Positions 12,651-24,974 of a stretch of 64,000 bases of DNA are shown here, piece after piece. Position 1 is the first letter of the stretch, and each line of letters begins with the position of its first letter. A model generated the notes under the pieces. The model had not been told where the DNA came from. It saw only the letters and a list, made by a program, of their open reading frames with translations, and searched no databases. A program made the translations under genes and the position numbers. The DNA comes from Octopus sinensis (Eukaryota): the NCBI RefSeq assembly GCF_006345805.1, contig NC_043007.1, positions 70,494,001-70,558,000 on the forward strand. Direction: 5' to 3'.

Positions 12651-14383
12651 GAGCTCACTGGCTAGTTGGTAGAGTTGGTTTGAATCCCACCTGCAACAAC
12701 CAAATTGTTTCCTTGGAGAAGACACTACACCCCACTTACTCATGCCTGGGGGCATTGTGTGTTGAAGTGCATTGCATGTCAAGGCAACCGTTTTAATACC
12801 AGTGCAAATCAGTTTATACACGTAATAATACCATGCATAATTGACATTAAAAATTCTATTCTGAAAGTACAAAAATATTTTCTAACAATCATGTTATAGG
12901 AAGTTTCAGGTTTAGATCTGGTTGAAAAAGGTGTGTCACCTATTTGTTGCTTTTTTTTTTTTTTTTTTGCAATTTTAACATATTAGCTAATTGGAAAGTT
13001 GCTTCCAGTTATCATAATGCATCAGTGCAAAGATCATTTGACAGAGAAAATTGGGGGAGAAGTCACTCCTCCCTCCAGAGATTTTAGGGAGATGTCAGGT
13101 GAGAAGAGGGAGAAGTGACAAGTTATTGGAAAAACCAAACCTAGCTTTCACCTAATGAATTGGCCAAAGATGCCCAAGAATTATCAATAACTTACCACAA
13201 TATATCGTTGGTACCATCAATATTCTCAGAAAACATAAATAGCATCATTAAAAGAGAGTTATTTCTATTCATACCCACACTTGAGTGGTTATATTTCAAA
13301 ACTGCAAGGATTTTGTAGTTGTATTTATTTTATGTATCAAAAATTCTGTATTGGGTAAAGGGCTAGACTAAAGACTTTATGATGCTCTAATTCATGTTTT
13401 TTTCCCATTCAAATCAAACAATAAGTAAGTGTGGAGATCTTTCTCCCATGATTAATTCATTTTTATCAAAAAAATAAATAATAAATAATAATAATAATGA
13501 ATTAATTAATAAGTAAAAATAGATAAATAATTAGATAAAAAATGAAATGAAGTAAATTCAAAAATAAGACCCCATAAAATCAGGCAGACATGCCATGTTT
13601 TGGAAGAGGCAGATCCTCCTTTAATTTGAAAGTTCAAATATGTTCAGTTATTGTCCCAGAAATCAGGGGATGATCAATCAGCCGGTTTTTCTTATTTGTT
13701 TTTCAAGAGAAGGTGAGAATTAAAACTTCATATTTGAGCCGAAGTGTTGTTTCCATGAAAGCTCATCTCAAATATAACTTCAGATAAAATACTAAAGATA
13801 AAAAATTATTATTTTGATAATTACTCAGATGGAAAATCATTTTTTTAATGCTGTAATTCATCTAAGTCACCTAATTTCACTGCACCAGAGACAATTTCAA
13901 CTTTGTTTATTTACTGTGTTTGCTGTTTTGAAGTGAATTTCCATTTTAGTTTGTGTGAAAATAGTTACAATAATAGTCAATACTTCCCATCCAATTTCTT
14001 TAATATGGGAATTGTTTGTAAATTCCATGAAATTTCACCTATTTCAAGGTAGATTCATCATGAACAGTACAGGGCAACTATTTTTTATCCTGGTCGCCTG
14101 GTCCCTGCATCTGTGCCTCTTTCACATGCTTGGGAATGAACGTGCATTGACCCATGCCCATTTGCATCAGGACAGATTTTTCCTTATACTGGCAAAACAA
14201 ATGTAGATCCCAGACCCAATTCCAGAAAGGCCTCAGTCTTAAAATTTTTTTTTGTAAGCCCTGATTTCCAGATTTTTTTTTTATTGCAACAATCACTCCT
14301 AATTTCTGTAAACCACTTTATTTTGAATTTTATAACTTTCTGTTCTGTTTTCTCAAAACCCTTTTCTTTTTTTATATATTCAG

Positions 14384-14499
14384 AAACATGATAAAGTAAG
14401 AAGAAAGCTTAAAGTGGCCAAAGTAGAATCAGAGTTGCAGACACCTGCTTCCAGTGATTCAAATGAAGGAGCAAATTCCAGATCTAAGAAAAAGAGAAG
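14384..14499 (+). pseudogene. EnSpm accessory gene, exon A
   Basis: Pyrimidine tract plus ttcag acceptor and gtaaat donor. Encodes KHDKVRRKLKVAKVESELQTPASSDSNEGANSRSKKKR, ending in phase 2. Confidence 0.7.
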
Positions 14500-15405
14500 G
14501 TAAATAAAATTCTTAACAGGGCTGTCTTTCTGAGGAGAGATGTTAACCCAGTGACTGCTGTGTTACCACAGCAGTAACTTGGTTGACATTTGGAGGGCTG
14601 GTGGATGCCCATCGCTACTCAGTGGTTCTTGCTGGATTGTCTGAACTCTCCTCCATCTGTAAACCCACCACTGACACGATATAACCCTGGCTGTTGAAAG
14701 TGTTGTAAAACAACGAAAAATAAATAGATAATTTTGAGGAGAGTTATAGCATCTGATCCCTATTGCTCGCCTAAATTTTCTCTGAGGTGAGCCTTTAATT
14801 GCTTTATGCAGTGTGATTGTTTGAACCTGGATTCTGAAAGGAAGATTGACACAGAGTTCATTTTTTTATCCATTTACCTAACACAGCAGCCAAAAACAAA
14901 CAGAAAATAAACCAATATAAACCTACCACAGCTCAAAGTATATTTCAGATTTCCCAATGAAACCCTACAGAAATGGATATAATTAGGAGAGCTACAGATG
15001 GCCTGTCTACAGATTTCAAACAGACAGTTCTTTAATAATTAGTATAACTAGTGAATCCCTTTTAGATGTCCGTTTATTTTTTTATGTCTTGGGGTTTATC
15101 AACATATCTGACAGCTAGGAGCACCCCATGTTTGCACTGAAAATGGGGCTGAATATCAGTTCCTGAGGACACCCATGTAAAACTCTGAGTCCCCACTCAC
15201 CACCCACCTTTAATTTTACATGAAAGTGCAGGTAGGCTGTCAGACATGTCCATAGATAGCACTACAAGTATGAAAAGTTATAAACATTAGTATGAGTTCC
15301 AATGTGTTCTATGACTATGTATTGACAAACATATACCCATGTTATTCACTGTGTGAAGGGAAATACATGTAATTCCTTGTTTATTTTTCATTTTATTTTG
15401 TACAG

Positions 15406-15613
15406 GCCACCAGTTTTCTCAGATGATGAGGATGATGATTCTGAGTATCAAAAACGGACGCTTCTAAAGCCACCTCCTATTATTCAATTTCCAAAAAGGA
15501 GAGCATCTCAGTCCCATTTGTCTTCTCCAGAGCCAAGTAGATATCCACAGACCAACTGACATTCACAATACGCCGAAAGAAAGAAGTGCAAGTGTAGCTC
15601 CTCCCAACTTGTC
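15406..15613 (+). pseudogene. EnSpm accessory gene, exon B (3' end uncertain, frameshifted)
   Basis: ttttgtacag acceptor. The phase matches exon A (ag|g = Arg), giving RPPVFSDDEDDDSEYQKRTLLKPPPIIQFPKRR. The frame stops at 15557-15559. Confidence 0.6.
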
Positions 15614-16395
15614 GTGAAAATCTTAACAGTTTTTGCATGATAAGACAATATTATAACATTGGTATATTTTAGGGTATGCGGAAAGTGGTTTCAAATTTAT
15701 TTATAAACAGAAAAAAAAAACATTCTGTGTTTGAAAGCATTCCATGGAGAGCTATGTTTGAAATGTATGCTTTCACCCTGATACATAATTACAGTGCTTA
15801 AGAAATAATTGGCAGGTAAATGAGGCTAGAGTCAAAAGACAAAACACATTTTCAAGAATTTTATCAATTTAACCCATCTTGTTTCAAAAGGATTACTTAA
15901 AAACAATAAATTGTATAACTCATCCTAAATGGTTTGTTGATATTTGTGTGAGGATATCATAAGTTTTAGCTTCAGATAGCCACAGTGTCCCCATGTTGAA
16001 TGTTTTCTCTTTTGGGTGAAGTGGTACAAAAACTTTGCTTGTATTAGCATGAGGAATATGATACTGTAATATTAACTTTGGTGTTTTTTACTATTCTAGA
16101 GGCCCTTGGGGCACTGAAACAAGGTTCCACTTCCCTGTTAAATAGGTATCATAATTCCTATTTCTGGAATATGAAACCCTTACCCCTAATTACGGCAAAC
16201 TAGAAAAGCAATTAAACATTAGTGCTATACTAGACCTTATATAAGGCTACAGATAATTGATTGTTGGTTTAGTGATCTCTCCAATTCCAGAAAGCAAACG
16301 TGAAATGAGATTATTATTGATTGTGTACTATTTTCAGTATATCTGTAAACTACAAATGTCATGAGGTATACTCAGCAAGTATTTCGTAACTCTAC

Positions 16396-17459
16396 TCTTC
16401 TTAGTCTTAGTCTTAGGTCCTCCTGTGCTGTGCGATGCATTTGGATGGCAAAGCTTCTCCAACATGGTCAGTCAGCTGTGGCGATTTCAGCTCCATCCCA
16501 TGAGATATCAATGGCTTTGAGATCATTAATGAAGGTACGGCACCAAGTTGCTTTTGCTCACCCTTGTTTTCTCTTGCCATGTGATAGCTTCCACAGAATG
16601 GTAGTTTTTGCATGCTGTGATGATGGTAATTGGAAGACATGGCCTGCAAATCACAAGCAGTGCTCAGTGACTTCATGGAGTGGACAGGTATCAGTTTGGT
16701 GATGTATCTCGTCGTTGGTGATGTGGTCGTGGTATGATATTTGCAGTATCCACCAGAGGCATTGTAGCTGAAATACATTGAGCTTTCGCATGATCTTTGC
16801 CAATGTCTCCCATGTTTCCACTATGTATATTGCTGATGGTATGACGATGCTCTCAATGAGGTGCACTTTAGTCTTGATAGAGATCGCCCTACCTGCCCAG
16901 GTAAACAGCTAAGGCCTTCTCAATCCAGCAGGCAACATTGCATTCGGCATCTCTATCATTTGCCATGATGTTGCCCAAATAGGTGAACTTCCTGGGACAC
17001 CATTGTTGTTCCCATCAACATATCCAATCCTCATGATCTTCATCTTGTTTGCACTTATGCGGAATCCAATCTTGGCCACCTCCCATTCCAATCTCTCTGT
17101 CATTGTGTGAATGACATTCTTTGTCATTCCAAGGAGCACGATGTCATCAGCGAAGTCGGGGTCAGTCAGGCACCCTGACCCACACCACAGAACCCCAAAT
17201 CCATGTTGGTACATCACCCCACGCATGATGAAGTCAATTGCCATAAGAAATAGGAGAGGGAATAGAATACACCCTTGCAGTACACTGGTCTCAATGGCAA
17301 AGTGGTTAGTGTAGCCCATCTCTGTTTGAACGCAGCACCTAGACTCACGGTAAAGGCTCACATTCCAAGTCCCGATTTTTGTTGGTCGTTTTGCATTGAA
17401 GATCGAATCATGTATTGGTGTTGGGTGTTGGATGCCCTGACAGATTTGATCCAACACCT
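16396..17459 (-). mobile_element. Internally deleted RTE-clade LINE with 7-bp TSD
   Basis: Minus-strand translation gives KIGTWNV joined directly to SLYRESRCC...SVLQGCILFPLLF...DFADDIVLL...SAIYIVETW. The 3' tail is (ctaaga)n. actctac flanks both sides (16389-16395 and 17460-17466). Confidence 0.85.
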
Positions 17460-17485
17460 ACTCTACCTTTTATTTTCTATTTCAG

Positions 17486-17709
17486 TTCGGGATCAGCAGC
17501 TATTCACCGCAATTGAGAAAATTCAAGAGGAACAGTCCCAGCAGGGGGAAATGTTGCAATCTATACTGCAGCTAATTCAAAATATCCCATCTTCATCCTC
17601 CATTTCGGAGACAAGAAATCTCCCCAACATAATTCATATCCCTTGTGAGAGCCAAGATGTTGAGACTTTGGAAGCTGAGTTAAGTGATGGTGTGGTTCAA
17701 AACAACATG
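17486..17709 (+). pseudogene. EnSpm accessory gene, exon C
   Basis: ttttctatttcag acceptor and gtaagt donor. Open frame RDQQLFTAIEKIQEEQSQQGEMLQSILQLIQ...IHIPCESQDVETLEAELSDGVVQNNM. Confidence 0.75.
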
Positions 17710-19548
17710 GTAAGTTGCACATTTTACATTTTCCTGGTTTTACCTGCTGGCTCATTAATAACCTCTCTGTCCCTCTCTAACTGATTCTGTTTACTAACAT
17801 GTGACAATTGTTTCTTTCATTCTTCACATACATGTGTTTCCACACACACCAAAGAAACTCACACCCATCATTGTATGCTCATCTCGGTACTCATAACCTC
17901 AGATTCAGTTTGTTTTGAAGGTATAGTAATTAAAAATATTTAAGAGCATCGACCTGATATTTAGTTGAAAAGATTATTTGATTAAGGTCCCAGCAGGAAC
18001 CTCAGAAAGTAACATGGTGCTTGTATACTGTGGTTTACAAATTCTGTTTTACTGGTAAAATAAGATAAGTCAACCAATGGCAATGGGTTTAAATCCTCTG
18101 GCAACCGGACATCATGTGCATAAACAATTTGCAAAACTTGATCCTATTTGTATGTTGTCACTGTTTGTCACAAAATAGTACTGAAAGTGTAATTTAATGC
18201 ACCAAATGTAATTTAATGATGGAATATCTTTCTGGGTTCTTATAATTTGCCAACGCAGATTTATCACTCTGTCATTAAAACAAAATTGTTAAAGCCCTTA
18301 CATCTAATTTATAATTTAAATATATTTGGAATGATTGACAAATTTTCTATACTGTCAAAGGTAGCTGTTCTCATAAAATAGTTAATGTATTATTGGTCAT
18401 TTAACCTGTAGAGTGTAAAGCTTTATAACAGAATCCATCCATTTTCAGGTTAATTACCTTGCTATGCTTAGGGGTAAAAATACTAGTGACACAGAGCAAG
18501 GACACTACACCACGTCCTGACCAGCAAATTAGGTGAGCTATATAACTGGTATGGCAAAAAAGGTAAACTTTCATCAGTGATTTACAGTAAGTATCAACAA
18601 TATCAACCTTTGTATATCCAATTCCCAAAATTGAATAGCTATCTCTTAGGGATGAGCTGATGTGTGTATTATCAGTATTTGCCAATATCCAATAACTCAA
18701 TTCAATATTGACCAGAACCAATACCAAAATCGATGTCTGTGCTCTGATTACACAGATGTGATAACACCACTCAGATAAGGAAGTTCATCTTACTGGATGA
18801 AGTGCTGCTGATATAGTCATTGGCATCACTACATTTTCTAAGCTGAACTATTAGATATCACAGATAAGAGGTGAGGTTGTCCAACAGTTAGCGTGACTTA
18901 ATGAATCATCCCTGGTGGATCTGTATGAGCTATTACCATTACATATGTTGTGCAGCCAACAGCCAATCATATATCGGCAGAATTGTGACCTTTTGCCAAT
19001 ACTGATTCCATGCTGATAATCCACTTTTCTTTAAAACCACAACCGTTGCTTCCAGCACTCAACCAGTTAACAAAGCAGTTGTATTGACATTAATGTTATG
19101 GGGTTTATGCATTCTGGAGGTGAAATGTGCAATTTTTTAATTATATCTTTTTGAAAGAGCTCAGATCTTTGTTAACGATTTACCCAAATCATTAATCAAA
19201 ACAGCCAAGGAAAAAGAAAAAATAGTATAAGACTACCACAGCTTGAAATTTCTTGAGACTCTCTCAGCAAAGCCACACAGATATGGATATCTTTAGAACC
19301 AGCTCACCAAGCCACTTCTCTCAATATCCATGTCTGTATGGTTTTGTTGAAAAAAATGTAAGAATTATCTTTGAAAAATGGACATATGCTAGTTTGGCTT
19401 TCAGAGTGTTGTTATTAACCAGTATGTTGAGGCACTGAATGTCATATCTGTGAGAATAACTGCTGGCAGATCCTCATGCAGATAGGCCTGTGTCCACATA
19501 TAACCCTAAAAATGAAAATCGTGCTGCAGGCCTTACCAATTTCTTCAT

Positions 19549-20022
19549 CAGGGTTCCCACAGATCCTTGAATTCCTTGAATACCCTTGAATTTCAAAACT
19601 AATATTCCAGGCCTGGAAAACACTTGAAAATTATCCAGACTCACAGAAATCCTCAAAAACCCTGGATTTTTATCTTAAAGTTTTGTATTCAGTCCACTCC
19701 CCATACTACTGAAGAAAAATGTTTGTGGTCTGAATTCATATTTGCAATGTTTCCACATTAGTGTTGGCTACCTGTACATGCAGCCAACACTGGCGTGGAA
19801 ACATTGCTACACATTAATCAACAACTTGAGGAAATAGATTAAGCGATATTTAAACAGTATCATTTGAGAACCTAAGTAGTGTAAATAGTTTTGTTTTATC
19901 AGAAGGATGTGCTTGGAAACCCTTGAATTTTTTGTGGAGTGGTCGTGATGGTCCTTGACTCTAGCTTGAAAATACCCTTAAAAAACCTTGAATTTTCTTT
20001 TTAAAAACCTACAGGAACCCAG
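19549..20022. mobile_element. MITE-like non-autonomous DNA element
   Basis: Imperfect TIRs cagggttcccacag / ctacaggaacccag, repeated ccttgaa subterminal motifs at both ends, and an internal hairpin at 19744-19807. No clear TSD. Confidence 0.6.
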
Positions 20023-20459
20023 TTAATTGTTTTTGATGTTTGACAAAAAAGCTATTATTCTAGATTTTGCTTTACATTTGAGCATATATTCTTTGCTCAT
20101 AGTGTATTGAAAATGACTGAATTTTTAAATTTTGATTTGCAGTCATTGGACTGAAAATGGCCCTGCGCTGGGCATATGATGATATTAATATCCACTTTGG
20201 GTACTCTTTTATTCAGACTGTGGGTGGGTGGAGTGGTTGTACTAGCTTTGGTAGGTTCTGACATAAAACAGTAGTGAACATTTATGAATGTGAAGCTTTC
20301 AGTTTGTATCTGTTTTCAACTGTAGAATTAGTCAAATCTATGTAATTTATGCTAGTAGATTTTTGCCTTTGTGAATAATACATGAGTAAATGGATGTGAT
20401 TGCATTTGTTATTCTCACATTAAGAACTACTTTTAAGTAACATGATTAATTAATTTCAG

Positions 20460-20643
20460 GAGCTGTTCGCAAGATTATGCAAAATGCAACAGAACTAGAG
20501 GTTGAGTTGGTAACTTGAGAATGGTTTCAGACTGCCAGTGACAAAAATGGTGGCCGAAAGAGGAGAGAAAAAAAAATTGGGACAAGTCTGCTCTTGACAA
20601 TGAATCTACCACAGATCTCGGGTCTGCACAAATCGAAAATTAA
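20460..20643 (+). pseudogene. EnSpm accessory gene, terminal exon D (DUF4806-like C-terminus)
   Basis: taatttcag acceptor. Encodes AVRKIMQNATELEVELVT*EWFQTASDKNGGRKRRE with an in-frame TGA at 20516-20518. The EVE..W...A.D..GGR pattern resembles DUF4806-type proteins (recalled, not searched). Confidence 0.7.
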
Positions 20644-21829
20644 GATAACCCATTTATGAGTTACCTCAGTTTTTTAAGGTAACCCATTTTAGCGAAGCAC
20701 TGGTAACAATAGACTGATTAGCTTTGCATACATGGTTTTGTTCTCCACTCAAATTACTCATTCACCAGGTTAGTAAGTAATACTCCTGTCTATGGTTTCA
20801 AATACAATTTTATTGATGATATCCCTCGCATTTAATGTGTTTTTCTTATTTCTGCACATTCTAGATATATTCATTTTTAACAAATCTCCCAAATTTCAAG
20901 TCATAAAATTGAACCCTAAAATGAATACCGTTACTCCTTATTTACCGGTCTTTATGTGCAAATATGAATGATTATTGAACTTTGTCACAAATAGCCACAG
21001 CTGTGTATAAGTGACCTTAACACCAATTAAATAAATATCTTAGTTTCACAGTGTATATAGGTCAGTATATTTTGTCTTCATTTTTATTAACTTTTATATA
21101 TTATGATTTACTTTTGTTGTGTTGTAAATAGCCATTTTTCACAGTTATAGTTTATAAAATAAATGATGCCTGCAAAGAAAGATGAGTTTTTAATTTTTTT
21201 ATGTAGGTTTCTACATGCCATGTAAACTGATGCTCATAAACTTACATCTTCAAAATAAATTTAATATTGTTTCTGTTCAGCTGTGGGTGGTCCTCATTGG
21301 CTATAAACTGAAACAGTATTACATTATTATTTTCAAATGCTGGGTGGGTGAGGTTGGAATCAGAGCAATTCATACCAGAGATCTGGCATAATGGAGAACA
21401 TAAAGTGTGGCCGATGTTGAACTGGTATAAATGTTTAACCATACAACAATTAGCCCATCCTTGAATGTATTTCAGAGCCAGATCAGGCATTTAGCAAAAT
21501 CGGTTCAGGCCAATATTGAAACTTCTCAAGTTGAACAACTATACATCAGCCCAACCTCATTTTCATATCAGACCAATGTCACCTTGACGTGAATATGACA
21601 TTGGGCCGATGTCAACCTGATGTAAGAGACCAAAATCTCACATCGGCCCAACATCAGGGAGTATGTCAGCCCGATGTTGCACTGTGTTGCAAAATGAGAT
21701 TGGACTGAAATTGGTCCAATATGGTTTTGCTGGCTGGGTCATTCTCTGTACATGTTACTAAGATGGCAACAATGGACAGGTGATTGACTGATTGGATTCT
21801 GGGATCATTAAGAACATGGGGGAAAAGGA

Positions 21830-22310
21830 AACCATGTTGTTCCTATGGAGAGCATTCATGCTCAGTCACCTGGATAACTGTTCCCAGTCATGGTTGCCAT
21901 GAAGCATCAAATTAACGACAGAACTCAAGGCAATCCAGTGCCACTTTACCAGGATTGTCTCAGTCTCTAGAGACAAGATGTGAAAGATATGCTTTCTGAA
22001 AGTTCTAGCAGCCAACTTTGTAGATTGAAAGCTGCACCAGTCACTGGACTGGATACCTTTGCATTGTACCAAAGATCCTGCAATCTCTGTCCAGAGTACG
22101 GACCCAATACTGTAACAGATTAGGGACAAAGGCCCACACTTTTTCAATGCTGAACCAAAAGGCCTCGGAAATCTACAGGTAGATTGTGGGTATGTCCAAG
22201 GAACATTTAGACAAATTTTTTTACAAGATATTAGATAAACCAACATCGCCGCGAGAAACACAAATAAGGTGCAGAGCTGTCCAACTCGCTCCCTCACCAA
22301 GACTGACTCT
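21830..22310 (+). pseudogene. CR1/L2-group LINE 3' ORF remnant
   Basis: Translates to HLDNCSQSWLP*SIKLTTELKAIQCHFTRIV and later GPHFFNAEPKGLGNL, which are decayed post-RT motifs of the CR1 group. Confidence 0.6.
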
Positions 22311-22604
22311 GGAGAAAGGGCAGGAAGCTGAGTGTAAAATAAATAAGCATTAACGTTAATGGAGGTGCCCTAACATGGCTACAGCCTCTGACTCTGACTG
22401 AAACCAATAAAAGAGAGACTAAAAAATGTAGATATTCTTTTATTCCATTCTTTTACTTATTTCAGTCATTTGATTGCAGCCATGCTGGAGCACAGCCTTA
22501 AATGGTTTTAGTCAAACAAATCGACCCCAGGACTTATTTCTTAAGCCTGGTACTTATTCTATAGGTACATATGCTATAGGTATGTATATATATATATATA
22601 CAAC

Positions 22605-22637
<33 letters not shown>

Positions 22638-22680
22638 CAAACATACTTACATATATATATATATATATATACACATACAT

Positions 22681-23787
22681 ATATAGCAATAAGAAAATGA
22701 AGGGGATCAATAGGTGGTTCATCAACTTTTAGACATTATATTATGTTAACTTATTTATTTATTTACTAAACTTTGATTGTAAAATTACTATCCTTATAAC
22801 TTGCAAAAATATCTGTTTATATATTATATTCTATAGTCTATATACTATATTGCATCTATTGTGAATAACAGAATGCATCTAATATTAATAATATTAGTAA
22901 TAATTGATTATTGTATATGTTTATAGATGTAAATATATATGTAAAATATGTATGTATATTTCAGTATATATATATAGGTATTTATGTATATCTATATATA
23001 TATGTATATCTATATATATAAGTATTCAAATGTGTGTGTATTTTATATATTATATATTTATATTTATTTATAACTTAACATTATGTACTTTATAATCTCT
23101 GACGAAGCCTAGAGATATACCCAAGTACCTCATTATCTATCATCTACCTATTACTTCATTCCACTTGAGTAATTTTTATCTATTGGCTGAAATAGCTGTA
23201 AGTTATTTTCCCAATTTATATTCATACTCTTTACTCTTTTACTTGTGATTTGACTGCGGCCATGCTGGAGCACCGCCTTTAGTCGAGCAAATCGACCCCA
23301 GGACTTATTCTTTGTAAGCCCAGTACTTATTCTATCTGTCCCTTTTGCCGAACTGCTAAGTGACGGGGACGTAAACACACCAGCATCGGTTGTCAAGCAA
23401 TGCTAGGGGAACAAACACAAACACACACACATATATATATACATATATACGACAGGCTTCTTTCAGTTTCCATCTACAAAATCCACTCACAAGGCATTGG
23501 TCGGCCCGGGGCTATAGCAGAAGACACTTGCCCAAGATGCCACGCAGTGGGACTGAACCCGGAACCATGTGGTTGGTTAGCAAGCTACTTACCACACAGC
23601 CACTCCTGCGCCTATTGTTATCTTATAATAATTACTGGTATCCTTATATATTACTATATTTTATATCTTATATGTATGTATATTATTGTAATTATCAGTT
23701 TAGTAAATAAATAAATAAGTTAACATAATATAATGTCTAAAAGTTGATGAACCACCTATTGATCCTCTCCATTTTCTTATAGCTATA
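22681..23787. repeat. ~90-bp inverted repeat pair enclosing AT-rich DNA and SINEs
   Basis: 22681-22772 is the near-perfect reverse complement of 23697-23787 (gatcaataggtggttcatcaacttttagacattatattatgttaacttatttatttatttactaaac). Confidence 0.85.
23225..23625 (-). mobile_element. SINE (tRNA-related head at right end)
   Basis: gactgcggccatgctggagcaccgcc...gacttgcccaagatgccacgcagtgggactgaacccggaacc...cttaccacacagccac. A near-identical copy on the + strand lies at 47580-47880. Confidence 0.8.
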
Positions 23788-24048
23788 TATGTTAAAGGTA
23801 AAATATCTCTTTACCTTCACCCATTTAGTACACTAGGTAATGTAATTGCAATGCAATAAAAAACACTTGTGTATTAATAATTGGGTATTCTACCAGCAGT
23901 ATATTGGATAGATATTATCCCTTAGTGGGTTGGATTCACAACCTCTAACTTTCTTGGAGTTATATATATATATATATATATAAATAATACTTTAATTGTT
24001 CCACGTCCTCGTGTTGCTGTGTTTTTTTCTGTGTTTTCTTGTTTGGAT

Positions 24049-24084
<36 letters not shown>

Positions 24085-24085
<1 letters not shown>

Positions 24086-24115
24086 TAGCTGAATAGCCTG
24101 GCAACGACAGGCTTA
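24085..24115 (-). mobile_element. Helitron-like 3' terminus (element extends rightward, 5' end not located)
   Basis: Minus strand has the GC hairpin gcctgtcgttgccaggc followed by tattcagCTAG, then T, at the edge of a (TA)n tract. Confidence 0.55.
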
Positions 24116-24974
24116 TCTGTCGGGGAAGGCATGGTCTGACATGGAATAAACAAAAATTTATATAATGCCTTCCTCGACAGATAAACCTCTTAATCAGGAG
24201 AGATTTGTGCAATTTTTCACCAAAAAACTTCATTGAGAATTTTTAAAAAATTATTTACATGTCTGTTTGACTGTTTCACACGACCTTATTAATTAAACTT
24301 CAGAAGTTCTTACAACTTTAGCCATTGTAATGCTCTACTTTCAGTTGTTTAATAAAAATTCCTCCTCAATAATGATTTTGCTTTAATTTTATGAAAGACA
24401 GCTATCATGTAGAAAATGCCAGCTTCCAAATTTTGTCTTCTGATTAGGTAAAATCGATTATTAAACTTTAAACCCGAGAATATTTTTCTGCAACTTTTCC
24501 AGAACAGATAAATAACAAAATTGGATTTAACATGGAAATATAAAAACTAATTAAGTTTAACAACTATCTTTTTACTCTTTTACTAGTTTCAGTCATTGAA
24601 CTGTGGTCATGCTGGAGCACCACATTGAAAGTTATTAAGTTTAACCAGAAAGTAATTCAGAATTCCCCAGTGAAATACAATCATAATGGGAAAACATTTT
24701 CATCAGATATCTGCAAAAAGTAGTCACACAGGAAAATTACATTCTTAAATTTTCACTGAATTCCTTAATTCTACTGAAACAACAAAACTTTAATAACTTC
24801 ATTCCCCCTTCTATCTTTGTCAGATCACTGTGATTATGATAAAGCAATAGTTACCCTCGGTCGAATCTTTGTTAAACAGAAAAATACAACCTTTTGTATA
24901 TTCCAGTTGCAATCACAAAAACTATAACCAAATGAAGACATCGAATTTATGTCACAATTCTGTGTAGCTGTTAG

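Larger units (their letters stand above)
11400..21738 (+). mobile_element. Decayed CACTA/EnSpm (CMC superfamily) DNA transposon with nested insertions; left terminus not found
   Basis: Transposase remnants at 11.5-12.65 kb and spliced accessory-gene exons at 14.4-20.6 kb. The right terminus ...aatatggttttgctggctggg (21738) is preceded by repeated ccgatgt/acatcgg subterminal motifs (21410-21680). Confidence 0.7.

Noticed and set aside
16909-17457. Functional stand-alone reverse transcriptase gene
   Set aside because: RT N-terminal subdomains are deleted, QG and YADD contexts are degenerate, and downstream frames are shifted.
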